Source: Neoconidiobolus thromboides FSU 785 (lineage: Eukaryota; Fungi; Entomophthoromycota). Taken from it: a stretch of DNA of 64,000 nt. Below the pieces are notes generated by a model. The model was not told the DNA's origin and ran no database searches. It saw only the letters and a program-made list of their open reading frames with translations. Below, piece by piece: positions 11,639 to 25,500 of this stretch. Numbering within the stretch: position 1 is the first letter of the stretch; each line of letters opens with the position of its first letter. Where the stretch lies: NCBI GenBank assembly GCA_025603075.1, contig MU626259.1, forward strand, positions 1-64,000, read 5' to 3'. A program made the translations under genes and the position numbers.

Positions 11639-12415
11639 CTAAATATATTGAGAGATATAATCCCTGAAAGCAGAAGTGCGAGCCCAAACAGTTGGAATAC
11701 CCCTGTAAGCACAAGGTTGTCCAAAGGAAGTTGTACCAATCAAAATAGCTTGGCCACCAACAACAGTAAAGAGAGGACCTCCAGAATCACCGTTACAAGC
11801 ATCCTTGCCACCTTCTCCAGCAGCACAAACTTGTAAACTGGTGTCAATATTCAAACCTTGATTAGCCCAAACTCTAGTACAAGTATTTGGATCAACGAGA
11901 GGGATAGATACTTGTCTTAGTAAAGCAGATGGCGAACCACCAGCTGAAGTGACACCCCAACCAGCAGCAATTACTTTAGACCCAACTTTTTGACCATAAG
12001 TACCATCGTCAATTTGAATACTACCAATATTGACACTAGCTGGAGTAGCTAACTTCCAAACAGAAACATCATTAGTAAAGTTATTTGGATCGTATTGTGG
12101 ATGTGTATTAATTTGTGCAACTCCAAGTTCCTCGCCACCTTCAGCCCCAGCAGATTGTTGGAGGTTATGACGGTGTACATTAACAACATAAGAAGATGGA
12201 TCTTCTTGAGAGCAGTGCCCAGCAGTTAAGACGGTGTCTTGGTTAAGGATTATACCACCACAGAAATGGTTACCATTGACTTGAATAGAAACTAGCCAAG
12301 GGTATTTAAATGCTGGACTAACTACCGTTCCTCCTACAATACGATCACCATCTTGTGGAGCTGAGAATATAGTGCTAAAGAGAGCTCCAATAAGTAAAAA
12401 TTGTTTGGTATACAT
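11639..12415 (-). CDS. Secreted trypsin-like serine protease (S1A), copy 1, intronless
   Basis: Signal peptide, R|IVGG activation site, TAGHC, NDVS, DACNGDSGGP (Asp in the S1 pocket). Confidence 0.97.
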   Translation of the reverse strand: MYTKQFLLIGALFSTIFSAPQDGDRIVGGTVVSPAFKYPWLVSIQVNGNHFCGGIILNQDTVLTAGHCSQEDPSSYVVNVHRHNLQQSAGAEGGEELGVAQINTHPQYDPNNFTNDVSVWKLATPASVNIGSIQIDDGTYGQKVGSKVIAAGWGVTSAGGSPSALLRQVSIPLVDPNTCTRVWANQGLNIDTSLQVCAAGEGGKDACNGDSGGPLFTVVGGQAILIGTTSFGQPCAYRGIPTVWARTSAFRDYISQYI

Positions 12416-13380
12416 AGTTCAAAATTAAAAGCTGTTTTGATGTTATATTACTTTTAAGAGTTTTATCCTATTTATACTTCCATTAATGCTAACATCATAA
12501 CTAAATCGGAATAGATCTCGAGTCCAAATTCACATTATATATCATCCTTTTGACTGATTGAGACGAATATAGTATATTACTAATTAATTCCAAGCAGTAT
12601 TATATTTTTTAGTATGGTGATCTATTTTTAAAAACCATTAGTTAATTCAGCTGAATAATTATAGGGCTTTCAAACTAATTTAAGTAATTTATATTTATCT
12701 TAAATTTTTAATCTACTATTTTGAACAATTGGATCTATCAATTATCATTGAGGAAATGAAAGAACAAGAAAAAGTCACATATTACCTTAAGAAGATAAAA
12801 AATTAACGAATTAATATATATATATTGTTTCCAATTTATACTTTGAACATTGGTCCTATTAACTATCCCTTTAATGTTTTTAGACGCTGTTGTATGAGCT
12901 TTTTTAAAATTATTTATACAGAGGCTATCATATCAAGGTAATAAAGACAAACAATAGAATAACACGAGCAATTGAAAGTATCAAAAAACTAAGCTATAGA
13001 GTGTATATTCATTGAGAATGTATAAAATTTGGACCATACAATTTATAGTTATTTAATAATTATAGCATTTTATTTAATAAGGATTAAATTATTGAGAAAA
13101 GTACAAAGTCTTAAAAGATTTTCTGAAAGGCTGCAATATCAAGACATATCTAACTTCATAGTTAAAAAGCATATACTTCTACTATTAAATGAATTTGATT
13201 TTGTAATATGGTATTTATCTTAAATTATTATATTAGTGAAACAGTATTTTTCTATAAATTTCAACTAAAACTTTATAACCAATTTCGTTTTTCCAGATTT
13301 TATATTTTATATTCAGAAGTGTCAATAATCAAAAATGGCAAATTCTTATAAATATCAATAATATTTTTGATTAACATAAA

Positions 13381-13564
13381 CAATCCGATTTGGGCTAAAT
13401 CTAAAACTAAATTACTAAAAGCTAAATTATAATAATCTTTATAGTCGGTCCTAGTGTTAGAGTTAAGGCTAGGATTAGTATAAAAGCTTTTTAAAATTAA
13501 AATAGCGCCTTTTTAGCCAAAATCAAATCTTGAATTATAGTAAATTTAGCCCAAATGTTGATTG
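13381..13564. repeat. Degenerate inverted repeat / possible old MITE
   Basis: ATTTGGGCTAAAT (13388-13400) vs ATTTAGCCCAAAT (13544-13556), extendable with CAATC/GATTG. Confidence 0.4.
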
Positions 13565-14154
13565 GCTATTCTTCATTGACCTTTGTCAATTTATACTTAA
13601 AAAAGGAATTTAAGTGGTAAAAAATGACGTACCTTATTATTATGAATATCATTGATATTTTGTAGAAGCTTCCTTAAAAAATAAGCTAAAAAACCTTGCT
13701 TTTGACAGACAAGGATCTAGAAAAAAAGCTAAAATGTTACTAAGCATTTAGGGACTCAACTCCACCAATTAAAGTCGAAGAAATTAGAGCTAAGAATAAA
13801 TTATTTTCGAATAGAAATTGTTCTTATCAGATTTTTACCATATTGAAATAATATAATAAATTTTATATATGAAAACTAATTATGTTATAAGACACTTATT
13901 GAAGGAAAATAGCATTTATTTTGAATTTCAAAATAAGATAGTTAAAGTCTACTTTCCTATATTAAAACTATAAATTATTTTTCTATTAATTTAGTAATTC
14001 TGTCATAATTACTAATTAAAATTCTCCTAAGCCTATTTTTTACAAAAAATATAAAAATTGAATCATTCAAATTTTGTCTTTTGAAATAATCGAGGGTAGG
14101 GCTAACGCTATCATTATTTTGGTTTAGTTTTAATAACGAAGAAACAAACAAAAT

Positions 14155-15659
14155 ATGTATGAAAAGGGGTCAAACGAAATGAACTCATGGGATTTTATTG
14201 AACTATTAGAAGTAAGAACTTTTTTTAAAATAAATACCTTAATTTAATTCGATTTAAATAGGGCCCAAGAATAATATCTGAAAATGAACAAGTCGATATA
14301 ATTAAAAGCTCAACTTTAGGAGAAGAAAATACAGAAGTAATCAGTAGTTTGAATATAATAGACACGACTACTGGATGGCAAAAAATGGTTTCAGCCTGCA
14401 CAGGCTCTTTGCTTACTTCATTAATAGGTAAATAGTAATATGATGTTTTTACAAATAAATTAACAATAATAGTTACTCCATTTGATGTGGTAAAAACAAG
14501 ACTACAATTTCAATCATTTAGTCAAACAAAGAATAATATGAAACCTTGCCAAAGCTTTGTCTTTTGTAACACTCACCGTGGATTAATGTTGTGCGATTGG
14601 CCAGTATCTAATGTTAATTTGGCCTCTTCACTGGAACTGAACCCTGGTTTAATTAATAGCAATCTAAAGTTTAATGGGACAATAGTAATAATTTCATCAA
14701 TTTGAAAGGTTAATATTAATTTATAAATTAGGATGCTTTTTTAAAAATATCTAAAGTAGAAGGTTTTGGTAAACTTTGGCGTGGGTTATCTCCAGCTTTG
14801 TAAGTATCTTTTTGGTTTTAGTTATTATTTACTTATTTATTTACCAGACTTCAATCTTTTCCCTCAACTGTTATTTATTATGTTGGTTATGATAAATTAA
14901 GAGATAAAATGTATGAAAAAATAGACAATAACCCAAAATATACTTTTTATGTACCACTCTTAGCAGGTTCATTAGCAAGATGTAATATAAATATTAAACT
15001 AATTCTCAAATTGTGAACTGACATATTCTTCAGCTATTTCTGCAACGATTATATCGCCTCTAGAATTGTTTCGCACTAGACTACAATCAGCTTCTAAAGG
15101 CCAGACTTATAAAGGTATTTCATTTTTTAGTGATTATGTACATATAATAAAATAAAATAGATGTTTCAAAAGAAATTTTAAAGATGGTACAACAGCAAGG
15201 CATAAGATCACTATGGTCAGGCCTGACCCCTACATTGTGGAGGGATATACCATTTTCAGGTAAATATAAATTTGTTTAACTATTTCAATAATAATTAATA
15301 ATTAATAACTAGGAATTTATTGGACAGGATATGAATATCTAAAAAAAGAATTAAATCAACAAGGAAGTTTAAAGCTAAGTCCATTTAGCAATTCATTTAT
15401 TTCAGGTGCAAGTTCGGGTATCCTAGCCGCAATTATTACAACTCCATTTGATGTACTTAAAACACGCACTCAAGTATCTAATAAAAAAAATAGCATTAGT
15501 ACATTTAAAATGATGAATAAAATAATTAAAAGGGAGGGTGTTAAAGAACTGTTCTCGGGTGTAATACCAAGGACAGCTAAAGTAGCACCAGCTTGTGCAA
15601 TCATGGTTTCTAGTTATGAGTTTGGTAAAACGTTCTTTTCAAACTTGAATCAAAGTTAA
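14155..15659 (+). CDS. MTM1: Mitochondrial carrier, SLC25A39/40 (MTM1)-like, multi-exon
   Basis: Three carrier repeats with [22 protein letters not shown] and [11 protein letters not shown]; LWRGLSP; [12 protein letters not shown]. Confidence 0.9.
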
Positions 15660-16041
15660 TATTAGAAATGATGATAATTTAAACCCAATTTTGTTTATTC
15701 TCTCTTTTGCAGTTTGTTTCTCTTCTTTTTACTGGATAAACTCCTCTTTCATTATTTTTATTATTTTATCCATCATCTTGGTTTGTTCTATTCATATTAG
15801 TAAATTATATACGATATTATTTAATTATTTTATTTATTTATGATGTTTTAATGTGTTTTATATTGCTCTATTTTAATTATATAATGATTTAATGCAAACT
15901 TTTCATGAATCTTTTTAGTAACTATTTTGATTTGTTTATTTTACTTACATTGCTGATACTTATAATATTGCAAAAATTGAAGGAATTTTACAAAAATTTA
16001 AAAGGCAAAAAATCAATTATTGATCATTATTTTAATTTAAA

Positions 16042-16574
16042 ATGGAAAATAAAATAGAAATCAATAATGAAAAAGGTAGCTTAATAGTAGCTCTTAAAGA
16101 AGTACTAAAGAGTAAATTAAACTAGATGATCGCAAAACATATAAAATAAAAAGCGAAAGTAAATAAGTCTTTACTAAGCTTAGTTATTTTTACTAACTCA
16201 ATTTTAGTATTCAATAGATTAGATCAATTTTTACCATTATTGAAAGAGAGTAATAAAGGGTTAGAAAAAGAAACTGATATACAAAAAGACTCTTTTATAA
16301 TCGAAAAAGTACAAGATAAAGAAGAAATTGATATTAAATTGAAGGAGGAAGAAGACGAAGAAAATGATAATAAAGAAGAAAATGAAGGCGAGGCTATGAT
16401 TCATATGGTAAATTTAATCTATTTTTAAAATTCAAATTTATAATATTTTAGGACTTGGGATTAGGTGTATTTGATACAAATGAAGAAAGTAGTAATTTAA
16501 TTAAGGATGTGCCAATAATTGATTTAAAAGAAGATATCGATAATGAAAAAAAGAAATTAATAGAAGAAATTTAG
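16042..16574 (+). CDS. NOPCHAP1/C12orf45 (DUF4598)-like small acidic protein, 4 exons
   Basis: Spliced product has FNRLDQFLPLLKESN and MIHMDLGLGVFD, which match the family motifs as recalled. Confidence 0.65.
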
Positions 16575-16673
16575 TACTATTTTATATGTAGTTAACAGTT
16601 GATTTAACAAAATCTAAATCATTAAAATTATTTTATTTTACCAAAAATGAAATAAACGTCTATATATATAACT

Positions 16674-17725
16674 TTAAGCATACATTGGGTTGTCATATAA
16701 TTCATTTAAATGAACTAATGCATCTAAAACAAAATAAATTATTATTATATATTACTTTTTTTAACTACAATTCGACTACCATTAATTAACTCTATAGGTA
16801 CATCAATAATTTGATACCAATTTTTTAACATTATTTCATCTTGCTTTGAGTGACATTTTGATCTCCTATATCCTAGTAATAAACTAGCAGCTGCAACTAT
16901 TTTAGGCTCGTATAATAAACATAAAAACGTTTTATAACTTAAATGTATAAAAAGTGGAAATTCAAAATTGAATATTAAAATACCTATCATTAACTACTGA
17001 CCATGTAGATTTAACGAGCTGAAATGAAACTAAATGGTAATCAATAAAAAACTAGGTAAAAGATACTAAAAAACAATACTAGCTAATTCTTTTTCAAAAT
17101 TAAATAAGTAAACATAAGGTAATTCAACTAAAAATCTAAACTCAATAATTATAAGTAGTTCTAACTCAGCTTTTACAATTGTCTTAATCCATTTTTCAAT
17201 TTCCTCTTCTCCAATTTCTATATTTTTGCTTCCTTCGTTAAAATATTGAGCTGTTGTTACTGCAATATCCCTTATCTTTCTTACTGATTCCTGTGCTTTT
17301 GTACCCACAAGAAAACAAGCTGAACCAACATCCTATATGGTAAGCTTTAGTTTTATACAAATCAAACGAATCTAAATTACATAAATGTTATTTGATTTTA
17401 TGTTTTTTTTATAATAATATCTATGAAAGAATAAACTAGCCGTTGCGGTTACTACTTGGCTACTATTTAAATAATAATTAAAATTAAACTATTAAGTTTA
17501 AACCATTACTTACACTCTTAATTTTTTACTTAAATAATTTATTAGCTTTATTCCTTCAACTCTTTTTTTGTTTTCTACTTTTAAAGTAATTCCTTCTCTC
17601 CTTGATTGCGTTTCATTTTCCAATTGATCTTTAGTAAAATACCACCCTTTATTATATTCTTGTACTAGCTCTAGTGTTGGTTCGTAGCCATTATATATAT
17701 TATTATTGTTCTTGCCCTTCTCCAT
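16674..17725 (-). CDS. Transcription-type cyclin (cyclin T/K/L family), multi-exon
   Basis: WYFTKDQL..SRREGI; ATASLFFHRYY; SACFLVGTKAQE; ELELLIIIEFRFLVELPY. Confidence 0.85.
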
Positions 17726-17952
17726 CTTATTATGAATAAAAAAGCTAGTAACTTTTAAATTAAAAATTGCAGTTCTTAATTTTAGTTTAGACCAATATTT
17801 GCAGTTTTATTTTTCCACTTTTATGTAGAGTTTTTAACTATGTATTTATATTTATATTATATCATTATTTGTAAAGACTATATTTGATCTTGTAAAAAAG
17901 TATAATATTTGAATTCTTACTGTTAACTGTATTTATATCATGTAATAAAAGT

Positions 17953-18057
17953 ATATGGGGATGTATTTTTGTATTTAAGAATTTTACTGACAATTTTTCC
18001 ACATAAATAGCGCTTAAAAAATGGAAAAATAATGAAACTAAAAAAACAGCCCCATAT
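17953..18057 (+). mobile_element. MITE family 1, copy 8 (orientation A)
   Basis: ATAT-GGGGATGT...ACAGCCCC-ATAT; 97 bp between the flanks. Confidence 0.88.
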
Positions 18058-19822
18058 GGTGGTACTTTTTGCTTGAGACTTAATAGAAAGGTTTTTTTTG
18101 TTATTTATTGCGTAAAATTAGACAAAAATTCAAAATTCAAATAAAATTCTCATAGAAATATTTAAGCAAATTATTTTTATTTTGAACATCAAATTTTTAC
18201 TTTACAACAGTGTATTCAATAAATTTTAGATCACTTTCTTAATTAAGTGTCCACTTATTAATTGTACAAAGGATGTATGCAAAAATGTAAATCCATTTTA
18301 AAAGTCAATCTTATAAATAAAATATTATAGCACTAAACTGCAGTTTATTGGGTATGGCACTTGTTTAATTAATAGACTTGAATATTTTAATGTATTAAAT
18401 AAAACCACCACAGTTTATAGTTTGCAATAAAATAAATAATGATTATTATTATCACTTTCAAAAAATCTCATCTTAGCCACTAAAAACCATATTAAGTACT
18501 TAAAGCTATTAATAATAATGAAATTATAAAAGCTATTAGTTAAATAATTATTTATTTGATCAAGCTCTTGTTAATAAAATGTATATGAAAATAGTAATCC
18601 GATACTAAATGAATAATCCGAAGTTAATCAAATTAAATTAAATTAAATTAAATTAAATTTGTAATAAAGAAAGAAATAACAATAAAATTTTTATATATAC
18701 AATAATGTAATAAATTCATTTACTTATCAAAAATTCTAATTTTAAATTTAAATAATAACATTTCTTTTTTTGATATAGTTTAGTTCATTTTCCTTACCAA
18801 ATTTATTACATTTGCTTCTACATATTAAAAATAATACATAAATAGCTAACAATAATATCAATGTTTTAATTGATGATTTATTTTAAGAATTAAACAAAAA
18901 TTAAAAGTGGAATACAAATATTAGTTACCAGGCTATAATATAGTATGAAATTGTTAACAAAACGAAGATGAGGGTACAAATTCTTTAATTAAAACATAAA
19001 ACCATTAAACTAATTATATTCTATGTTTTAAGTGATCAGTTAATAGGTGAAACATATTGATTAGAAGAGATTTAAGTATAGTGAATCATATACAGTTAAG
19101 CTTTTTAGTAAATCTTTGAATAAAAATTTGGATTGTTTATAAATTATTTAGTTTAATTTTATGATTTTAATCCGTTACCAAAAACAATAACTTATTACGA
19201 AACTATTATATTGTAAAATATCTAAGTTGAAAACATTAAGTAAGTTAAAGAAATAAATTGAATTACACAAAATGACTTGGCTTTGAATTTATAAAGGATC
19301 CGTTGCGGAATTCATGTAACTTATTACTAAAGTGTGATTTTTTTATCGTTATTTTACTAAAAATTATTTCTCTCTTTTCGTTAGTAATGTTTCAAATATT
19401 TATTAGAATAACATCTATTAAATGTGGTTAAAACTACTATTTATATCTTATATAAAAAAGGGTTTTTGGCTTTAGATAGTCTAGTCATACTCTATTCTAA
19501 ATAAATCTTAATATTACCAATAATGTTGAGATACTTATGATAATAGTGAAATGATTGTTCTAACTACATAATAAATTCTGGAAAATTCATGTTATAGGTT
19601 TAATCAAGAATTAGAAAGAATTAACTTTAATGAATATGACCTAACAAATGCAATATTAGGTTGATAGAATATAGCTGTAAAATTAATATTCAAATATTTG
19701 AATAAAAAGTATATTATTATCTATGTACACTGAAAGACAAAATACTCAAAGACTAAGTTGTATATTTTTATTAAGGATTATTAATGGGTAAGCTTTAGCT
19801 TAAAAAAAAGAGAAATAAGAGT

Positions 19823-22507
19823 TTAGTTTGTAAAGTGGTTAGCAGCTTCAGCTAAGTGAAGGACCTTCTTTAGTTTATCAACGTTTGTCTTGAGACGAGC
19901 AATGTTTTGAACGTCAATCTTACGTTGAGCAAGCTTAGAACGGCGGGATGGAGATGGCCACACTTTAGCAGTGAATTCAAAGGACCAGTATCTGAAAACA
20001 AGCACTTTAATGAAATCAAGAACAAAGAAATAGGCTAGAGATACACCAATGACACCAAAACCCCAAGCTGCACCAACATCTTTAATCAATTCTGGGATAC
20101 CGAAAATGGTAATCAACATAGCAAATACTTGAGTACCCATGACAGCAACAAAGAAGAACCATGATGGTAAATTCTCCCAGAAGAAACCAGAAAGACGAGT
20201 AGAGAAGATAACGAAATGAGGAGCTGAAGAGATATGCAAGTACATTACACTTTGGAGCCTCTGGAAAACAATTTCTTCAGGTTCACCAGTAGCTCTCAAA
20301 AGATCAAGGCCAACATAGTAATGAACGAAAGAGAGAGCACATAAGAACATACCTAATAAGACAGAAAGGAACATAAGTTGTCCAATTCTCCATTTGTCTG
20401 GTTTTTGAGAGATTTGAGCATTATCAAAGGCAATAACAATGGTAGCGAGATCATTAAGTACAGCAATGAAGATAAGTAAAACAGCATCCATATGCCAGTT
20501 TTCAGCTAAAATGATAATGAATAAGAATATCAAGATATGAATGGTGGAGGTGATACGATAAAGAGCATAAGATCTCATACGTTGGAAGATAGCACGAGAA
20601 GTGGTGATACCATCAATAATGGTTGAAAGACCAGGAGCAAGTAATACAATATCAGCAGCTGAACGAGCAGCATCAGTACAATCATGTACAGCAATACCAA
20701 CATTAGCCTTCTTAAGAGCAGGAGCATCATTGACACCATCACCAGTCATACCAACTAAAAGGCCCTTAGATTGTAAGAGTTCAACTACACGGTATTTGTG
20801 TTCTGGGATAACTTGGGCAAAACCATCAGCATGGATACAACGACGGATAATAGTTTCCTCATCAACACCCTTTTCAACTAACTTGTTAGCATCCAAAATA
20901 GCACGTTGCATACCAAGACGATGAGCGACTTCTTTAGCAATGATAAGTTGATCACCAGTAACCATCTTGACTGAAACACCATATTCATGACATCTCTTGA
21001 CAGTATCAGCGGAATCAGGACGAGGAGGATCAAGAAGAGAAATCATACCAACTAAATGCCATTCATCTGGTTTACCTGGGAAAGTACGAGCAACACCAAG
21101 AGCACGGAGACCACGACCAGCAAGATCATTAACAGCATGGACGGCATCATCATGACCACCAACTAATTTAATCATGGTTGGTGGGGCACCCTTAGAGACT
21201 AAGAAAGTTTCATTGGTGTTAAGATCAGTGACAGTGGCTTGTGTACGTTTGGAAGTTGGATTGAAAGGTACAAAGGAAGAAACTTTGTACCCGGGGATAG
21301 AATGTTCTGAACCTTTTGGTAAGTTTTGTAAACGAGGGACACCTTCTTGAGCAGCAGTTCTAACAGCCTTTTCAATTGGATCATTTGCTCCAGGTTCGGA
21401 TGAGATGTACGAGTATAAAAGAATATCTTCTTTAGTATAATCTCCACAAAGATATGGATCATCGAAAGTAAGTTGATTAAGAGTAAGAGTACCAGTTTTG
21501 TCTGAGCAAAGGATAGTGACTGAAGCCATTTCTTCAACAGCAGTGAGACGTTTGACAATGACTTGTTTGGCGGCGAGTTGCTTAGCACCAACAGCCATAG
21601 TGACTGATAATACAGTTGGGAGACCGACTGGAACGGCGGCTACAGTGATAACAACGACTTGTTGGATAGATCGAATAGGGTATTCAGCCTTTGATTTAAC
21701 CAACAAGTAAACAAGCAAAATGATAACGAACACAGCGGTAATCAAAACCAAGAAGTTACCGATTTGCCCGATAATCTTTTGGAAATGACCTTTTTCATTA
21801 GTAATAGAAATCAAGTTGGCTGCACGACCAATGAAAGTAGTGGAACCAGTTTTGGTGACAACAGCCATCATTTGACCTTGTTTGACAATGGAAGAAGAGT
21901 AAGCAGTTGAACCACGATTCTTAGTAATAGGTAAAGATTCACCAGTAAGGGCAGACTGATCAATTTGTAAACCAGCATCTGATTCCTCACCAGTGACAGA
22001 AATACCTAATAAACGACAATCAGCTGGAACAATATCACCTAAACGAAGAACAATAACATCACCAGGAACTAATTCAGCTGAGTCAACTTCAACTAATTCA
22101 CCGTTTCTCCAACATTTAGTCTTAAGAGCTAAAGTGTTCTTAAGAGCATCTAAGGCAGACTCAGCTTGAGCTTCCATAAGGTAACCGATAGCAGCGTTAA
22201 GGAATAACAAGAAAGCAATAATACCGAAATTGATCCAATCTCCAGCAACACCTGAGAAAATTAAAGCAATAATAATTAAAATGGCAATAGCATCAGTGAA
22301 GTAACCAATAAATTTTAAGAAAGGATTGCTTTTATGTTCAGCGAGTTCATTACGGCCAAATTTTTCTAAACGTTCGCTGAACTCAGCAGTGGTAAGACCC
22401 TTTTTAGTATCAGTGTGCAATAAAGCTTCTAATTCTGGGGAGATTTCATCTTCAGTTTCTTGATGAGTATGCTCCTTCAACTCTGCTTTTCCTTTTTCCC
22501 CTGACAT
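19823..22507 (-). CDS. PMA1: Plasma-membrane H+-ATPase (P3A), CDS without introns
   Basis: TGES, CSDKTGTLT, KGAP, DPPR, MVTGD, TGDGVNDAPALKKA motifs; 894 aa; strong codon bias. Confidence 0.97.
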   Translation of the reverse strand: MSGEKGKAELKEHTHQETEDEISPELEALLHTDTKKGLTTAEFSERLEKFGRNELAEHKSNPFLKFIGYFTDAIAILIIIALIFSGVAGDWINFGIIAFLLFLNAAIGYLMEAQAESALDALKNTLALKTKCWRNGELVEVDSAELVPGDVIVLRLGDIVPADCRLLGISVTGEESDAGLQIDQSALTGESLPITKNRGSTAYSSSIVKQGQMMAVVTKTGSTTFIGRAANLISITNEKGHFQKIIGQIGNFLVLITAVFVIILLVYLLVKSKAEYPIRSIQQVVVITVAAVPVGLPTVLSVTMAVGAKQLAAKQVIVKRLTAVEEMASVTILCSDKTGTLTLNQLTFDDPYLCGDYTKEDILLYSYISSEPGANDPIEKAVRTAAQEGVPRLQNLPKGSEHSIPGYKVSSFVPFNPTSKRTQATVTDLNTNETFLVSKGAPPTMIKLVGGHDDAVHAVNDLAGRGLRALGVARTFPGKPDEWHLVGMISLLDPPRPDSADTVKRCHEYGVSVKMVTGDQLIIAKEVAHRLGMQRAILDANKLVEKGVDEETIIRRCIHADGFAQVIPEHKYRVVELLQSKGLLVGMTGDGVNDAPALKKANVGIAVHDCTDAARSAADIVLLAPGLSTIIDGITTSRAIFQRMRSYALYRITSTIHILIFLFIIILAENWHMDAVLLIFIAVLNDLATIVIAFDNAQISQKPDKWRIGQLMFLSVLLGMFLCALSFVHYYVGLDLLRATGEPEEIVFQRLQSVMYLHISSAPHFVIFSTRLSGFFWENLPSWFFFVAVMGTQVFAMLITIFGIPELIKDVGAAWGFGVIGVSLAYFFVLDFIKVLVFRYWSFEFTAKVWPSPSRRSKLAQRKIDVQNIARLKTNVDKLKKVLHLAEAANHFTN

Positions 22508-25500
22508 TTTTGAAAAGAATCAACTATTAATTATATATTATGTTTAGTACTTGACTATCTATTAAGATTTAACCTTAACAGTTGACCTTTAAAAATAAAA
22601 TAAAATAGAAAGATTTAAATTTTTAAGTTGGATTTTCTTTCCTTTTTATACTTTTGATAGTCAGATTTAACCTCTGAAAATTATTTATTAATGTAAATTA
22701 ATTGCACCAGTAGTAAATTAACTGTAAGAACAGTGAGCTATTACCAAATTAACATTAACTTGATTGCCCTATGAGATAATTGGTTGCTTAATTGGAAATT
22801 GGAAAATAGAATAGAGATTATTTCCAGATTAAGATCAGATGATAGGAATATTCCTAAACCTTATTAGCGTGTTGAATTCCCTTATTTAGTTTACACCACT
22901 AATTTAAGAATGTGGTTTATTAGTTACCTTTATGGCTTATGTTTGTATTTATTAGCCTTAAGGCGTACTATTTATTGTAATAATACTAAGAGATAAATTT
23001 TGTATCTTGGATGTAAAATTTATGGTAATTAAGTACAAGATATTATATAAAGCAAAAATATCGGGAAATATTGGTCATATCGGAATCCGGAAAAGTAGAT
23101 AAAGTTAAAAAATGATCGTAATAGTTTGATTTCATTTATCTTTTATTCCTCAAAGACTACTCTATATTAAGTTACATATCAATTTAAATATTGTATATTT
23201 GCAGCGCAATATACTTTTCAAAGTTTTACATCTATTTCATTTTCTAGTTTTAATTTTACTCTTTGAATTCATATCTCATGGTAAGAATCCCTTTCATTAA
23301 CGTCATGTATTAAAATCAGTAAGTATTCTTTTTATTTCAAGAAATTCCTTCTAAAATTCGTTAGGCTTAATACTATCGTTATAATACCCGTTGGTTTGAA
23401 GAATTCTTAATAACAACTTACTAAATAGAAGTCTGAAACAAAAGTGGCTTGAATATATCTTTCATATATCTTCAATTACATTGATAACATCACTTAAATA
23501 TTTTATGTATCTGTATATTATGATGAACCATAAATAACTAATTTATTTTGGTTTAAAACGAAAATTCGATTATAAAGTGCATTTAATAAGTTATTAATTG
23601 AAGAATTAGCTATTGTAATGAGATCCTGGCTTAAAGCGAGTGTTTGTGCTTCAATAGAAGGCTAAAGACTATTATTGGTCAGATGAAATTTTATTTTTAG
23701 ATGAACATTCTAAATGGAAATTTTGCCTAATAATTTTTTAGCTTTATTATTTTTAGTGGTGGGAAACTTTAAGCGATTTTTTGATCATGGATTTAATTGT
23801 TCTGGATCCATTTACCCTTTTCATTGAATTTATGTAACATTATAATAGTTATATCCATTTAATAACCTATTTATATATAATAATCAACTTACTATATATG
23901 AAATGTATTTATTATAATCATAAGTAAATGAAATATATTGTATATAGCATTTGAGAGAGTAAATAAATCAAGTGTTATTTAATATATAAATACAATAATT
24001 ATTTTATGCTAAATTTTTAAAAAAAATTCTATACAGATCTATAATATATAATAACAATAATGTTATAATCATAGATAATAAGGTAGTATACGAATTATAA
24101 CCTGTATTTCTATGTTATATGTGCCCCTTTTGACCCTTATAGTCTTATATAAATTGTATTTAAATATTTATAAAGATATTTAAAAATAAAAATAAAAATG
24201 TATTAATAATCTTTAAATAAAAGTATAATATTTATAGTAATAATAGTAAATGATATACTATGTTAATAGCAATTTATTTTATGACGCAGTTATTATATAG
24301 TTAGTTTAAATAATAGAAAATACAATACAATACAACTTACGGGTCTGAAACTACCCTTTGTCCTAAAGAGATTTTAATAGCTGAATAATATTGACTAAAA
24401 TAAAGTTAGCAGTAATTTCTATGCAAATTTTGATCGAATGGATTGCAAACGGCATAATTTAATTTTTAGAACGAAAATTTCGGCCTAAAGAACCTCCCAA
24501 CTTTAAAAACAGTGATCTACTATTTTAATATATATTTTCATCTATTGATCTATTATCTTTAAATTACTGTTAATACAAAAGTTAGAATAATTTGCAATAA
24601 TAAAGCCATGAAAATGATTTAAAAGTTTATTTGCTTTATTCAATACTCTATCTAGATATTAAAAGGATGATTAATAATAGTTGCTAAAAAGAAGCCCAAT
24701 AATTCCTGGAACAGCTTTAAATTTTTTCGAAAAAAACTCGGGCTATAAGATCCGCGTTAAATGATAATCTGGTTCTTATTTTTAATATTTTAGTAAATTT
24801 GATAAACCTTGAATGAATTTTATAACACTTTTGATTAGAGTTAATTTGTAAATAACACAATTTCCGTATAGATTTATCTCATAATTATAGTATATAATAT
24901 CAATATGAATTTATACGCTATTCAAAAATATTATATACAAGAATACTTATATTATTACGTTCATCTTTACTAACTTTATGACTCAAGTTATATCAAATAA
25001 CACAATTGTAAATTACACAAAACCCAATAAATTTCGGGGAATGTTATATTTTATTTCCAGGATAGTATAAGGCCTACGAAAATACTATTTATTACGCTAT
25101 GAAATTACCAAGTACAAAGAAATGGGCAATAATCAGTTGTAACATTTAATTTGTGTAAGATTTGTATTTTAATAACTATTAACACAAAATAAAATAAAAG
25201 CCTATTGTTTTTTGAGTAAAAATAAAATGGTACCAACCATACTATACGTTCTAATGTAAAGGTACCCTTATTATTAAATTGAGTAAGTAAACGTCTGCTT
25301 TGTGGCAAAAAACCTGATCTTTATAGTAATTCTTGTATTATTTATAAATATTTGCGGATAGTAAAAAAAACTGGGTCATTGTAGTACCTAATTTGGAATC
25401 GGTGAGATTTAAAAAACTATGGTACAAAAATTAAGATAAATATGTAAAAATCTATATACAGACTAGTGAAAAAATTATACAATAGTTAATTTGTATCTTT

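Noticed and set aside
13455-13480. Telomere-like TTAGAGTTAAGGCTAGGATTAG (and CTAACCCTAAC near 49375)
   Set aside because: Only one or two degenerate units, expected by chance.
20601-21710. Antisense and off-frame ORFs inside PMA1
   Set aside because: Expected by-products of strong codon bias.
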